Shown here in pieces: positions 9,614-19,311 of a stretch of DNA of 64,000 nucleotides (position 1 is its first letter; every line of letters starts with the position of its first letter). The DNA is from Candidatus Thermosaccharophagus gerlachensis (GTDB lineage Bacteria > Armatimonadota > Fervidibacteria > Fervidibacterales > Thermosaccharophagaceae). Under the pieces are notes generated by a model that saw only the letters and a list, made by a program, of their open reading frames with translations, did not search any database and was not told where the DNA came from. The stretch spans positions 2,944 to 66,943 of the forward strand of contig JBGOEV010000008.1 of NCBI GenBank assembly GCA_041538025.1, in the 5' to 3' direction. The position numbers and the translations under genes were made by a program.

Positions 9614-10666
9614 ATGAGTAAGAGTATCAAAGTCCTTGTCGTTGAGGATTCAGTCTTTACCAGAAAGGCTATAACGAGGATGTTGGAAAGCGACGAAGAG
9701 ATTGAAGTCATCGGCGTAACTGGTAGCGGAAAAGAGGCAATAGAGCTTGCGGAAAGGCTTGACCCAGATGTTGTTACGCTTGACGTAATGCTCCCCGACA
9801 TGGATGGATTAAGTGTCCTCTCAACGCTAATGCAGGAGTTCCCATTGCCAGTCATCATTGTTTCAGCGCTCAATAAACAAGCGATTGTAAGCGGGCTCGC
9901 TGCACTTGAACTCGGTGCAATTGATGTCATTGAGAAGCCAACATCTTTGGCATCGGACGAAATTTATCACATTGCTCGCAGGCTTATAGCGAGTGTTAAG
10001 GCTGCGAGCAAGCTTAAGCAGATGGTGAAGAAATACAACGTAAGAAAACCAAGGAGAAGCTTCATAGGGCATTGGAGTGGGGAGAAAAAGTTTAAGGTCG
10101 TAGCTATAGGTTCATCAAGTGGTGGACCTGCTGCGCTAAAAACACTCCTATCGTCGCTCCCAGATGACTTTCCTGCACCGATACTTATAGCACAACACAT
10201 GCCAAAGCCGTTCACAAATCACTTCGCCGAACGGTTGAATAAGTATACCAAACTCACAGCACATGAGGCTAAAGATGGCGATGTTGTTGAAGCAGGCAAA
10301 GTGTTTATTGCGCCGGGGGATAAACATATGCTCGTCCAACGAAGTTGCATAACAGGTAAGGTTACGATAAGGCTTACAGATGAACCAAGGGATGCAATTT
10401 GCAAACCTTCAATTGATTTGCTATTCCACTCAGTGGCAAATACATTCGGTGATAGGTGTATAGGGGTGCTCTTGAGCGGGATGGGGAAGGACGGCGTTTC
10501 AGGCATGCTCGCAATTAAAAGACGTGGTGGAAAGTGCATAGTCCAAGATGAAGCATCCTGCATTATATTCGGCATGCCAAAAGCAGCCATTGAAGCTGGC
10601 GCAGTTGATGAGGTCGTCCCAATTGAACAAATGGGAGAGTATTTGAGTTCACTCGTGTGCAGATGA
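9614..10666 (+). CDS. cheB: protein-glutamate methylesterase/glutaminase response regulator CheB
   Basis: Receiver domain (VLVVEDS, TLDVMLPDMDG) plus a methylesterase domain with GSSSGGP, AQHMP and GMGKDG contexts. Confidence 0.85.
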   Translation: MSKSIKVLVVEDSVFTRKAITRMLESDEEIEVIGVTGSGKEAIELAERLDPDVVTLDVMLPDMDGLSVLSTLMQEFPLPVIIVSALNKQAIVSGLAALELGAIDVIEKPTSLASDEIYHIARRLIASVKAASKLKQMVKKYNVRKPRRSFIGHWSGEKKFKVVAIGSSSGGPAALKTLLSSLPDDFPAPILIAQHMPKPFTNHFAERLNKYTKLTAHEAKDGDVVEAGKVFIAPGDKHMLVQRSCITGKVTIRLTDEPRDAICKPSIDLLFHSVANTFGDRCIGVLLSGMGKDGVSGMLAIKRRGGKCIVQDEASCIIFGMPKAAIEAGAVDEVVPIEQMGEYLSSLVCR

Positions 10667-10673
10667 GTTTTAC

Positions 10674-11483
10674 TCAAAGCAAATTCTCCAAGCCATATGT
10701 CAAACCGGAGAGCGAAAGGACTTTCTCAATTGCAAGTAGCACTCCGGGCATGAATGACTCACGCCCAAGAGAATCGTGTCTTATCGTTAGCACTTGTCCT
10801 TGCCCACCGAATATAACTTCCTGATGTGCTACGAGCCCGGGGAGACGAACACTGTGTATCCTTACCCCATCCTTTAAGCCACCACGCACATCAGGGAGGG
10901 AAATCTCTGGTTCAGCTATACTTGGTTGCTTGAACGGTTTACCCCTCGCTTGAAGCATCACTTCGGCAGTCCTCAGAGCAGTTCCAGATGGCGCATCCAC
11001 TTTCTTATCGTGGTGGAGCTCGATTATTTCAACATGGTCAAAATACCTCGCAGCTTCTGCAGCGAACCTCATCATAAGGACGGCACCGATGGCAAAGTTT
11101 GGTGCAACAACGGCTGGCACATTGTGTCTCTCGCACAGCTCGCTCAGCTCTTTTAGCATCTGCTCTGTCCAACCAGTTGTGCCTACAACTGGTGCAACAC
11201 CGCATTCAATACATGTCTTTGCGTTTTCAAAAGTTGCGCTTGGATGTGTGAATTCAACCGCTACCTTCGCACCGCTCTCAAGTAACGCGTTTTTCAAGTC
11301 ATCCCTCACCTTTATACCGAGCTCCCCTATGCCAGCAAGGATGCCTACATCTTCACCAACCTGCACTACATCAACACCGGCAACCAACCTCATTCTTTCA
11401 TGCAATGTGACTGCCTTAACAACTTCCCTGCCCATACGCCCACAACAACCGATAACGCAAACGGTTATCACCTCACTACCCAC
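10674..11483 (-). CDS. dapB: 4-hydroxy-tetrahydrodipicolinate reductase
   Basis: Motifs: ELHHDKKVDAPSGTA signature and GCCGRMG nucleotide loop. I set the start at GTG 11483 (GAGGTGA 6 nt upstream). The ORF-track start is TTG 11489. Confidence 0.9.
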   Translation of the reverse strand: MGSEVITVCVIGCCGRMGREVVKAVTLHERMRLVAGVDVVQVGEDVGILAGIGELGIKVRDDLKNALLESGAKVAVEFTHPSATFENAKTCIECGVAPVVGTTGWTEQMLKELSELCERHNVPAVVAPNFAIGAVLMMRFAAEAARYFDHVEIIELHHDKKVDAPSGTALRTAEVMLQARGKPFKQPSIAEPEISLPDVRGGLKDGVRIHSVRLPGLVAHQEVIFGGQGQVLTIRHDSLGRESFMPGVLLAIEKVLSLSGLTYGLENLL

Positions 11484-11597
11484 TTTCAATCACCTCGCAA
11501 CACACTCACTATGTTTGTGTGGAGGTCTTTTGAAGCGCACCAAATGCATGGTCAACATTGTAGCATAAAATTGCGCGTGCCGAAAGGGACCGTGGTT

Positions 11598-12785
11598 ATG
11601 CTAAACATGGGGCGATGGCAAATGAGCAATTCTGCAAGAGTTCAAACTGGGAGCATGAAGCGTTTTGAAGTCGGTGTGGTCACAAACATTCTCACTGAAC
11701 ATCCAGATATACAACTCCTTGAAGTGCTCGTTAAAGCGGGGAGGGAAACCGCCATCAACTATGTTGCTTTGACTGGTAAGGCATCTGTTGGTGACGAAGT
11801 TTTGCTGAATGTCATCGCGGTGAGGCTTGGCTTGGGCACTGGTGGCTATCACTTTGTAGTTGCAAACTTGACATCGCCAACTGCTGTGCCATCATCGCAT
11901 GGTCACATAATGAAGATGCGCTATTCACCACACCAAATCAATGTGATGAGCGCCGATGCTCAAGAGAGCGAATATCATCAGGTGCTTAAGGATGCCGATA
12001 GCATCAACGGGATGCCAGTGTTGGTTGGTGAGTTGCACAGTATGCTTGCACCTGCCTCAGCTGGCTTCAAAGCTACGCTTGGTGAAGAATCAAATGTCGT
12101 TTACATCATGACCGATTCTGCAGCCTTACCGATTGCCTTTAGCGAACTTGTCAGGGAACTGAAATCCAAAGGGTTTGTTGATGCGACCATAACTATCGGA
12201 CAAGCCTTTGGTGGCGATGTTGAGTGCGTAAACATATTCACAGCCTTGCTAACAGCGAAGCACATACTGAATGCCAGTGTGGCGATTGTCACGCCTGGTC
12301 CGGGGCACGTTGGGACTGCAACAAAGTTTGGTTTTTCAGGTGTTGAGGCAGGATGGATGCTTGAAGCTGTTAAAGCTCTACATGGCGAACCAATACTGAT
12401 ACCGAGGGTGAGCTTCTCAGAAAAGCGCAGCAGGCATTTTGGGATAAGCCACCACACAGTAACAGTCCTAACACGAATAACGAACGTGCGTGCAACAGTT
12501 TGCTTCCACAACTTTGATGGCGACGAGCGTAAATATGTTGAGGGGCAAATCAAAAGCAATCGCATAGCGGAGCACCACAACATCGTTTGGGAAGATGGGA
12601 CACACGGCATAGAACTGGCGCTCTCACATAACCTGACTTTGAGGAGCATGGGGAGAAGGTTTGAGGATGACCCACAGTATTTCCTTACAGCCTCAGCTTC
12701 AGGCGTTTACGCTGCGAAACTGCTAATTGAACACAGGCTACCTCGGCATAATGATGTAGCGGACGAGAAAGAGAAAGGCAAATAA
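11598..12785 (+). CDS. DUF3866-like conserved hypothetical protein
   Basis: The LNVIAVRLGLGTGGYHFVV motif and overall layout match my recollection of the DUF3866 family. The track ORF starts at 11400, inside dapB, so I trimmed it. ATG 11598 has AAGGGA 8 nt upstream. Alternatives are 11607, 11622 and 11655. Confidence 0.5.
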   Translation: MLNMGRWQMSNSARVQTGSMKRFEVGVVTNILTEHPDIQLLEVLVKAGRETAINYVALTGKASVGDEVLLNVIAVRLGLGTGGYHFVVANLTSPTAVPSSHGHIMKMRYSPHQINVMSADAQESEYHQVLKDADSINGMPVLVGELHSMLAPASAGFKATLGEESNVVYIMTDSAALPIAFSELVRELKSKGFVDATITIGQAFGGDVECVNIFTALLTAKHILNASVAIVTPGPGHVGTATKFGFSGVEAGWMLEAVKALHGEPILIPRVSFSEKRSRHFGISHHTVTVLTRITNVRATVCFHNFDGDERKYVEGQIKSNRIAEHHNIVWEDGTHGIELALSHNLTLRSMGRRFEDDPQYFLTASASGVYAAKLLIEHRLPRHNDVADEKEKGK

Positions 12786-14093
12786 GTGCACGAGCCAGTT
12801 GAGTTCCTTCGCCCTCCCCGTGACCAGCTTCAATAGCGAACATGTTATGAAAGCGAAAGCTATTCCTTCGGTGATGCTGAATGTGACGGGCATAATGACG
12901 AGCGCAAAGAAAGCCGGCAAAGCCTCCGTTATATCGTCCCACTTAATGAACCTGATGCTCGTCATCATGAGGAAGCCGACAATAATCAACGGTGGAGCGA
13001 TGATTGGATGAAGTGTCATTCCGTTCACTTTTGCTTCAGCGCTGAACATCTCCATGATCGGGCTGAAGAAGAGCGAGAGGAGCAACAATATCGCAGTCAC
13101 AACACTTGCTAACCCAGTCCTCGCACCGACAGCTACGCCAGCTGCGCTCTCTATGTAGCTCGTAACTGTGCTTGTTCCAAGCAGTGCCCCTGCAACTGTT
13201 CCTATGGCGTCACTAAGTAGAGCTTGCCTTGCCTTCGGTAGCTTCCCATTCTTTAGTAGACCTGCTTGAACAGAGACACCAATGAGCGTCCCAACTGTAT
13301 CAAACACGTCAAGGAAGAAAAGCACAAACACAACCACGAGCAGGTCAAGGAACTTTCCCCATGGTAGCTCAAAGAAACTTAGTTTGAGGAATGTAGGTGC
13401 AATTGATGGTGGCATTGAGACCACACCTACAAACTTCGTCACGCCAGTCAGTAGCCCTAAGATAGCGCTCGCTACTATTCCAAGCAGTATTGCACCACGC
13501 ACATTCAATGCCATAAGGAACATCGCTACCAAAACACCGAAGATGGAGACGAGAGTATGCTTGGCTTTCAAGTTGCCCAAGCCAACAAGCGTTGCAGGGT
13601 TATCAACGACTATTCCAGCCCACTGCAATCCGAGCATCGCTATAAGCAACCCTATGCCGACTGCTATGCCATGTTTGAGCGATTCTGGAATGGCTTCTAT
13701 GATCGCTTCCCTAAAACCAACGTTTGATAGCAGTATGAAGAGAGAGCCAGAGATGAGGACGCATGCGAGCGCAGCACGCCAAGATAGCCCAAAACCACCA
13801 GCTGCTAAAGAGCCACATATTGTGAATGCAAAGAGCGCGTTGTGTCCCATGCCAGGAGCAAGTGCTATCGGATAATTGGCGAGGAATGCCATACAGAGGG
13901 TCGCAATAGCGCTTGAAACGCAAGTTGCGACCATGACAGCACCTTTGTCCATACCGGCTGCTGAAAGTATGACTGGGTTGACGAAAATAATGTAGCACAT
14001 CGTCAGGAATGTCGTTATCCCACCGAGGACTTCACGCTTGACATCTGTTCCATGCTCACTAAGCTTGAAAAGCTTATCGAGCACCTTGTTCAT
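12738..14093 (-). CDS. NCS2 (AzgA/PbuG-type) purine permease
   Basis: Motifs: LGGITTFLTMCYIIFVNP, ALAPGMGHNALFAF, and many hydrophobic helices. I moved the start to ATG 14093 (MNKVLDKLFKL, GGTGAT SD). The 3' end overlaps the convergent DUF3866-like gene by 48 nt. Confidence 0.85.
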   Translation of the reverse strand: MNKVLDKLFKLSEHGTDVKREVLGGITTFLTMCYIIFVNPVILSAAGMDKGAVMVATCVSSAIATLCMAFLANYPIALAPGMGHNALFAFTICGSLAAGGFGLSWRAALACVLISGSLFILLSNVGFREAIIEAIPESLKHGIAVGIGLLIAMLGLQWAGIVVDNPATLVGLGNLKAKHTLVSIFGVLVAMFLMALNVRGAILLGIVASAILGLLTGVTKFVGVVSMPPSIAPTFLKLSFFELPWGKFLDLLVVVFVLFFLDVFDTVGTLIGVSVQAGLLKNGKLPKARQALLSDAIGTVAGALLGTSTVTSYIESAAGVAVGARTGLASVVTAILLLLSLFFSPIMEMFSAEAKVNGMTLHPIIAPPLIIVGFLMMTSIRFIKWDDITEALPAFFALVIMPVTFSITEGIAFAFITCSLLKLVTGRAKELNWLVHLFAFLFLVRYIIMPR

Positions 14094-14351
14094 CTTGATC
14101 ACCACGCATGGTTTGACATATGCTTTTTCCATGCAAAATTGTAGCGACCATGGCTGTGGTTGACATAATAAACAAGGTTTACGAAAGGGCAAAAGTGTTT
14201 CATACTACACCGTTGCTACTTAAATGCCTTGCTCTTAGCGAGGTTAGTTATGAGCGCTCACTGTGTTATCAACATATCGTGAAGCAATGAAACCATGCTT
14301 AAACATAATGAGCATGAGTGCTTTCACCAACGGCATTGGTGGTGATTGAAT

Positions 14352-15704
14352 ATGAGCATGTTCAGAGGGTTGACCGAGAAGCTTCAGAGCATCTTTTGGA
14401 AGCTAAGAGGCAAAGCGAGGTTGACGGAGGAAGATGTAGAGAGAGCCCTTCGTGAGATACGCCTCAGCCTGCTTGAAGCCGATGTTAACTACAGAGTGGT
14501 AAAGGAGTTTCTTGAACACATAAGGCAAAGAGCTGTTGGCGAAGAGGTGCTAAAAAGCTTCACTCCAGCTCAGCATGTCATCAAGATAGTTTACGAGGAG
14601 CTGGTGCAACTGCTCGGTGGAAAACAAGAACCCTTAAAGCTTTCTCAGACTCCCCCAACAGTGATCATGCTTATGGGGCTTCAAGGGACTGGTAAAACAA
14701 CAACTGCAGGGAAGCTCGCTTTATGGCTCAAGAAGCGCGGGCATAACCCATTACTCTTAGCCTGTGATGTGAAGCGTCCAGCAGCAGTTGAGCAACTTGT
14801 GCAAGTTGGTAAGCAGGCAGGCGTGGAAGTTTTTGAGATGGGAGTAAGGGAGAAACCAGAGCGCATAGCTTTGCTCGGGCTTCAATATGCTAAAGAGAGG
14901 AAAAACGACATTGTCATCGCAGATACTGGTGGGCGCCTGCACACTGATGAAGAAATGATGCAGGAACTGAGACGAGTGAAAGAGGCATTAAACCCACATG
15001 AAGCCCTCCTCGTCGTTGATGCGATGATGGGTCAGGATGCAGTCAATGCTGCACGCCAGTTTGATGAGGAGGTTGGGTTAACTGGTTTCATACTTAGCAA
15101 AGTTGACAGTGACGCAAGAGGTGGCGCTGTCTTGTCAATACGAGCTGTTACAGGTAAGCCTGTAAAGTTTATAGGGACGGGCGAGAAGCTTTCCGACTTG
15201 GATGTCTTCCACCCTGACAGGATGGCTGAACGCATACTCGGGATGGGTGATATAAGGACGCTCATTGAGAAGGCACAAGAAGCATTCGCTCAAGAAGAAC
15301 TAAAGAAGCTTGCACACTTGGAGAAGAGGATCAAGGAGGGGCGCTTCAATCTTCAGGACATGCTTGAGCAGCTTCAAAGGCTGAGGTCTACAGGTCCACT
15401 TGACCAGCTACTTAAACTGCTCCCCGGCTTCAGTGGGATGCGACAGTTACCGTTTGCAATTGATGAACAGCGCTTAAAACGCTTCGAAGCAATCATACTT
15501 TCAATGACTCCAGAGGAGAGGCTCAATCCAGAGATAATTGATGGTAGCAGGAAAAAACGGATAGCCAAAGGAAGCGGAACAACGGTTCAGGATGTTAACA
15601 TGCTATTGAGGCAGTTCAAGATGCTGCGTGAGATGCTAAAACGCTTATCAAAAGTGAAGCTGAGTGATGAAGAGCTTTTGAGGGTGCTCGGCTTCATGAG
15701 GTGA
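14352..15704 (+). CDS. ffh: signal recognition particle protein Ffh
   Basis: GTPase motifs GLQGTGKTTT, DTGGRL and SKVD, plus a Met-rich M domain. ATG 14352 follows GGTGGTGA. The track start TTG 14346 and ATG 14358 are alternatives. Confidence 0.95.
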   Translation: MSMFRGLTEKLQSIFWKLRGKARLTEEDVERALREIRLSLLEADVNYRVVKEFLEHIRQRAVGEEVLKSFTPAQHVIKIVYEELVQLLGGKQEPLKLSQTPPTVIMLMGLQGTGKTTTAGKLALWLKKRGHNPLLLACDVKRPAAVEQLVQVGKQAGVEVFEMGVREKPERIALLGLQYAKERKNDIVIADTGGRLHTDEEMMQELRRVKEALNPHEALLVVDAMMGQDAVNAARQFDEEVGLTGFILSKVDSDARGGAVLSIRAVTGKPVKFIGTGEKLSDLDVFHPDRMAERILGMGDIRTLIEKAQEAFAQEELKKLAHLEKRIKEGRFNLQDMLEQLQRLRSTGPLDQLLKLLPGFSGMRQLPFAIDEQRLKRFEAIILSMTPEERLNPEIIDGSRKKRIAKGSGTTVQDVNMLLRQFKMLREMLKRLSKVKLSDEELLRVLGFMR

Positions 15705-15734
15705 GCAAACGAACTTGAAGGAGGTGATCGGCTT

Positions 15735-16025
15735 TTGGCAGTGCGAATAAGGCTCATGCGCGTTGGCTCAAAAAACAGACCCCGCTTCAGATTAGTTGTA
15801 GCTGATTCAAGGGCACCGAGGAATGGGAAGTTCATTGAGGTGGTTGGGTATTATAACCCAACCTCTGAACCAGCTGAGCTAAATATAAAACACGAGAGGG
15901 TATTGTATTGGCTCATGAAAGGTGCACAGCCTACAGAAACCGTTCTATCGCTACTGAAGCAAAAAGGCATCTGGCAGGAGTTTGAAAGATTACGCAAGGA
16001 AACTGGTAGAAGTGATAAGAGCTAA
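15735..16025 (+). CDS. rpsP: 30S ribosomal protein S16
   Basis: Sequence AVRIRLMRVGSKNRPRFRLVVADSRAPRNGKFIEVVGYYNP. TTG start with GGAGGTGA upstream. Confidence 0.95.
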   Translation: MAVRIRLMRVGSKNRPRFRLVVADSRAPRNGKFIEVVGYYNPTSEPAELNIKHERVLYWLMKGAQPTETVLSLLKQKGIWQEFERLRKETGRSDKS

Positions 16026-16078
16026 AAGAATGCTCTCACTGTCCGAACTCTAACTCCCAGTTGAAGGGGTGTTTGGGG

Positions 16079-16342
16079 ATGAGGGAGCTGGTTGAATACA
16101 TCGTGATGCATCTTGTTGATCAACCAGACAAAGTCCAAGTTAGAGAGATGGAAGGCGAAAGGGTCATCGTCATCGAGATAAAGGTCGCTGACGATGACTT
16201 GGGCAAAGTGATAGGGCGCAAGGGAAGAATAGCTCAGGCTATAAGGACACTCGTTAGAGCAGCTGCAACGAAGAGGGGAAAGAAGGTAACAGTTGAGATA
16301 CTGCCACCGTCACAGCAAACAACAAGCGAGCAAAAGCAATAA
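16079..16342 (+). CDS. KH domain RNA-binding protein (YlqC/UPF0109 family)
   Basis: Sequence LVEYIVMHLVDQPDKVQV ... DDLGKVIGRKGRIAQAIRTLV. It sits in the conserved position between rpsP and rimM. The start is at ATG 16079 (track start TTG 16061). Confidence 0.8.
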   Translation: MRELVEYIVMHLVDQPDKVQVREMEGERVIVIEIKVADDDLGKVIGRKGRIAQAIRTLVRAAATKRGKKVTVEILPPSQQTTSEQKQ

Positions 16343-16378
16343 GCATGCGTTACGCAATACCTGCATAACTTCCTTGAG

Positions 16379-16406
16379 GTGACTTCAGCGTTTAACTTGA
16401 AGTCAC
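16379..16406 (+). repeat. 9-bp stem hairpin (GTGACTTCA / TGAAGTCAC, 10-nt loop) between the KH gene and rimM
   Basis: Read directly from the sequence. There is no U-tract, so it is more likely a processing or attenuation element than a terminator. Confidence 0.3.
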
Positions 16407-16472
16407 GGGAAGTAACCAAGGGAGTGTTCAAGAGCTGTTTGTAGATTGTGCGCTTTGGTGAGGGGAGTTTTC

Positions 16473-17027
16473 GTGAAAGGGGAGAGTGCGGGAGCGAAAA
16501 AGCGCATACCGATACTTCGTGACCCGCTTAAAGAGTGGACTAAGGTGATCGGTGAAATTGTTTCCACACACGGGCTTGATGGGAGTGTCAAAGTATTCCC
16601 GCTGACCGAGCTAAAGGGCAGGTTTAAACCGGGGAATGAAGTGTGCCTTGTTAGCCCGACGGAAAGGAGGTTGCTCGTTAAGATAGAGCACTCCGAGAGC
16701 AGAGGAAAAGGAGTGATACTTAAGCTTGAGGGCGTGGACTCAATTGAAAAGGCTGAGAAGCTTATCGGATGGCAGATAACGATTCATCCAGATTCACTCC
16801 CACCACTTGAAGAAGGAGAATTTCTGGTCTCGGAGTTAATTGGCATGGTCATCGTCACTACAGATGGTGAGGAGATTGGCGAGGTCGTTGATGTCATTTC
16901 ATCACCAGCACATGACCTTTTTGTAACGAAGCGTGGTCTGATACCAGTAACAAAGCAGTTCGTCAAAGAAATAGATACGCAAGGCAAGCGCATTATCGTT
17001 GACTTACCTCCCGGTTTAATTGAGTGA
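16473..17027 (+). CDS. rimM: ribosome maturation factor RimM
   Basis: Motif IGEIVSTHGLDGSVKVFPLTE with a PRC-barrel-like C-terminus. GTG 16473 has GAGGGGAG 5 nt upstream. The track start is TTG 16446. Confidence 0.8.
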   Translation: MKGESAGAKKRIPILRDPLKEWTKVIGEIVSTHGLDGSVKVFPLTELKGRFKPGNEVCLVSPTERRLLVKIEHSESRGKGVILKLEGVDSIEKAEKLIGWQITIHPDSLPPLEEGEFLVSELIGMVIVTTDGEEIGEVVDVISSPAHDLFVTKRGLIPVTKQFVKEIDTQGKRIIVDLPPGLIE

Positions 17028-17107
17028 TTCAGGTAGCTGGAGTCAGTCTTTACAGCTGCCAGTGTGCGCATCAAAATAAAAGGTGAAGATGCGGGGCGTC
17101 ATCAAGT

Positions 17108-17179
17108 GGGCGGTTAGTTCAGAGGGAGAACGCCGTCTTGACAGGACGGAGGTCGCAGGTTCGATTCCTGCACCGCCCA
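17108..17179 (+). tRNA. tRNA-Val (anticodon GAC)
   Basis: Hand-folded cloverleaf: GGGCGGT/ACCGCCC acceptor, GTTC/GAAC D stem, CCGTC-TTGACAG-GACGG anticodon arm, GCAGG-TTCGATT-CCTGC T arm. CCA is not encoded. Confidence 0.9.
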
Positions 17180-17264
17180 CTATTTTAGTTTTTGCAATCG
17201 GCTGCGATGTGGCACCACACGTTTTATCGCCACCAATCGTTATGCTTATTGGGGATGAGCCACA

Positions 17265-19202
17265 ATGCGTATACTTGTTCAAATCGGTGATGAGGAAATT
17301 GAAGTAGAATGCGAAGCTGGTATAACACCTCTGCAAATCTTAGAGAAATGTGAGGCATGTTCTAAGCTGAAGGACAGTGTGTTGGTTGCTATCGTTGACG
17401 GAGTCCCATTTGACCTTAAGCGCCCTATAGAGAGTTGCTCAAGAATTCGCTTCGTCGGATTTGAGGATGAAGTTGGCAGGGATGTATATAGGCACACGAC
17501 TGCGCACATAATGGCACACGCTGTTAAAAGGCTTTTCCCCGAGGCGAAGCTTGGCATAGGACCACCAATTGAAAACGGCTTTTACTACGACTTTGATGTG
17601 GAGAAACCTTTTGAACCATACCACCTTGAGCTCATTGAGAAGGAGATGCAGAAACTGATAGATGCTGATATACCGATTGAGCGAATTGAGATGAGCCGTT
17701 CTAAAGCACGTGAACTCTTCGCCACGCTCGGTGAGAAATACAAAGTCGAGCTAATTGATGAGATGACCGAAGAAACAGTGACGGTTTACCGACAGGGTGA
17801 ATTTGTTGACCTGTGCAAAGGACCTCATCTGCCAAGCACTGGGTATGTGAAAGTTTTCAAATTGCTTCACAGCGCCGGCGCATATTGGCGCGGTGATGAG
17901 CGCAACCCGATGCTTCAACGTATCTATGGAACATCGTTTCCTGCTGTTGAACAGTTACAGGAGCACTTAAAGTCACTTGAGGAGGCACAGAGGAGAGACC
18001 ACAGGCGCTTAGGTAGAGAACTTGAGTTGTTCTCAATTGAAGAAGAAATAGGACCTGGGTTAGTCCTGTGGCATCCCAATGGAGCTATATTGAGACAGTT
18101 GATTGAAGATCTGCTCAGGGTAGAACTTACGAAGCGAGGCTACAAATTCGTTTACACACCTCACATAGCAAAAGCCGAGCTTTGGAAAATAAGTGGACAC
18201 CTGAGTTGGTATAAGGAGAACATGTTTTCAGGGATTGACGTTGAAGGTCAAGAATACCTTGTGCGTCCAATGAACTGTCCCTTCCACATCCTCATTTACA
18301 AAGCTGCCACCAGAAGCTATAGGGATTTACCGATGCGCCTCGCTGAGATGGGAACTGTCTACCGATATGAGCGTTCAGGGACACTTCATGGGTTGATGAG
18401 GGTCAGGGGGTTAACACAAGATGACGCACACATATTTTGCACTCTGGAACAGGTTGGTGATGAAATAGAGGCGCTCATCAACCTTACATACCACCTTCTC
18501 AAGCAGTTTGGGTTTGAGGAGTTTGATGTTGTGCTCTCAGTGAGGGATAAAAGTCATCCAGAGAAGTATGCGGGAAGAGATGAAGTATGGGAGTTAGCCG
18601 AAGCCGAGCTTGAAGGAGTGCTTAAGAAACTTGGCATCAAATACAAACGCCTTGAAGGTGAAGCCAACTTCTACGGTCCAAAGATTGATGTTTACCTGTT
18701 TGATGCTATCGGACGCAAATGGCAATGCACGACGATACAGCTTGATTTCAATTTGCCCGAGAGGTTTCAACTGACTTACATAGGGAGCGATGGCAAGGAA
18801 CATCGCCCAGTCATGATACATAGAGCCATACTTGGATCAATGGAGCGTTTCATCGGCATACTCATTGAACATTACGCTGGTGCCTTCCCGACGTGGCTTG
18901 CGCCAGTTCAGGTGAGCATTGTGCCAGTAGCTGATAGGCACCTTGAGTATGCAAGCAAGGTAGCAGAAGAGCTATCAAGGCTGAACATAAGGGTTGAAGT
19001 GATATCACGAAGTGAGACAGTGGCAGCTAAGATCAGGGATTGCGAGTTGCGAAAGGTGCCGTATATACTTGTTTGTGGTGATAGAGAAGTTAGTAGCAAT
19101 TGCGTTTCGGTGCGCCAGAGAGGAAGGAAGGATTTAGGGAGCATGAGCATCGAGCAATTCAAGGAGATGCTGTTAAACCAAATTGAATCAAAATGCGTTT
19201 GA
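17265..19202 (+). CDS. thrS: threonine--tRNA ligase
   Basis: TGS-like N-terminus, editing-domain HTTAHIMAHAV, and class II core (RGLTQDDAHIF, FYGPKID). 645 aa. Confidence 0.95.
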   Translation: MRILVQIGDEEIEVECEAGITPLQILEKCEACSKLKDSVLVAIVDGVPFDLKRPIESCSRIRFVGFEDEVGRDVYRHTTAHIMAHAVKRLFPEAKLGIGPPIENGFYYDFDVEKPFEPYHLELIEKEMQKLIDADIPIERIEMSRSKARELFATLGEKYKVELIDEMTEETVTVYRQGEFVDLCKGPHLPSTGYVKVFKLLHSAGAYWRGDERNPMLQRIYGTSFPAVEQLQEHLKSLEEAQRRDHRRLGRELELFSIEEEIGPGLVLWHPNGAILRQLIEDLLRVELTKRGYKFVYTPHIAKAELWKISGHLSWYKENMFSGIDVEGQEYLVRPMNCPFHILIYKAATRSYRDLPMRLAEMGTVYRYERSGTLHGLMRVRGLTQDDAHIFCTLEQVGDEIEALINLTYHLLKQFGFEEFDVVLSVRDKSHPEKYAGRDEVWELAEAELEGVLKKLGIKYKRLEGEANFYGPKIDVYLFDAIGRKWQCTTIQLDFNLPERFQLTYIGSDGKEHRPVMIHRAILGSMERFIGILIEHYAGAFPTWLAPVQVSIVPVADRHLEYASKVAEELSRLNIRVEVISRSETVAAKIRDCELRKVPYILVCGDREVSSNCVSVRQRGRKDLGSMSIEQFKEMLLNQIESKCV

Positions 19203-19311
19203 GATTTGAGAAAGGAGCTACACCAGCAAAGGGAAGCTATTGCCTTACTGATTGCGCCAAAATAATTTGAGTTAATGGGACTGCAAAAACGAATGAAGGA
19301 GGTGAAATGTT

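Noticed and set aside
9313-9930. 205-aa minus-strand ORF. The same applies to similar antisense ORFs at 13282..13875, 28126..28827, 32799..33446, 35076..35660, 39108..39773, 42484..42897 and 50365..50772.
   Set aside because: Each lies wholly inside a motif-supported gene on the other strand and shows skewed, low-complexity composition.
11400-11597. N-terminal extension of the DUF3866-like ORF
   Set aside because: It overlaps the dapB coding region on the opposite strand and has no SD. Family-like sequence begins only after 11598.
12738-12785. 48-nt convergent overlap of the DUF3866-like and permease genes as a sign of misannotation
   Set aside because: Both frames remain protein-like to their stops, and neither has an earlier in-frame stop. 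I accepted this as a genuine 3'-3' overlap, although sequencing error cannot be excluded.
14094-14345. Possible purine riboswitch in the 5' leader of the NCS2 purine permease
   Set aside because: I read the minus-strand leader for the conserved purine-riboswitch core (UAUA...GGAUAUGG...UUUCUACC...CCGUAAA) and did not find it. Only a covariance-model scan could settle this.
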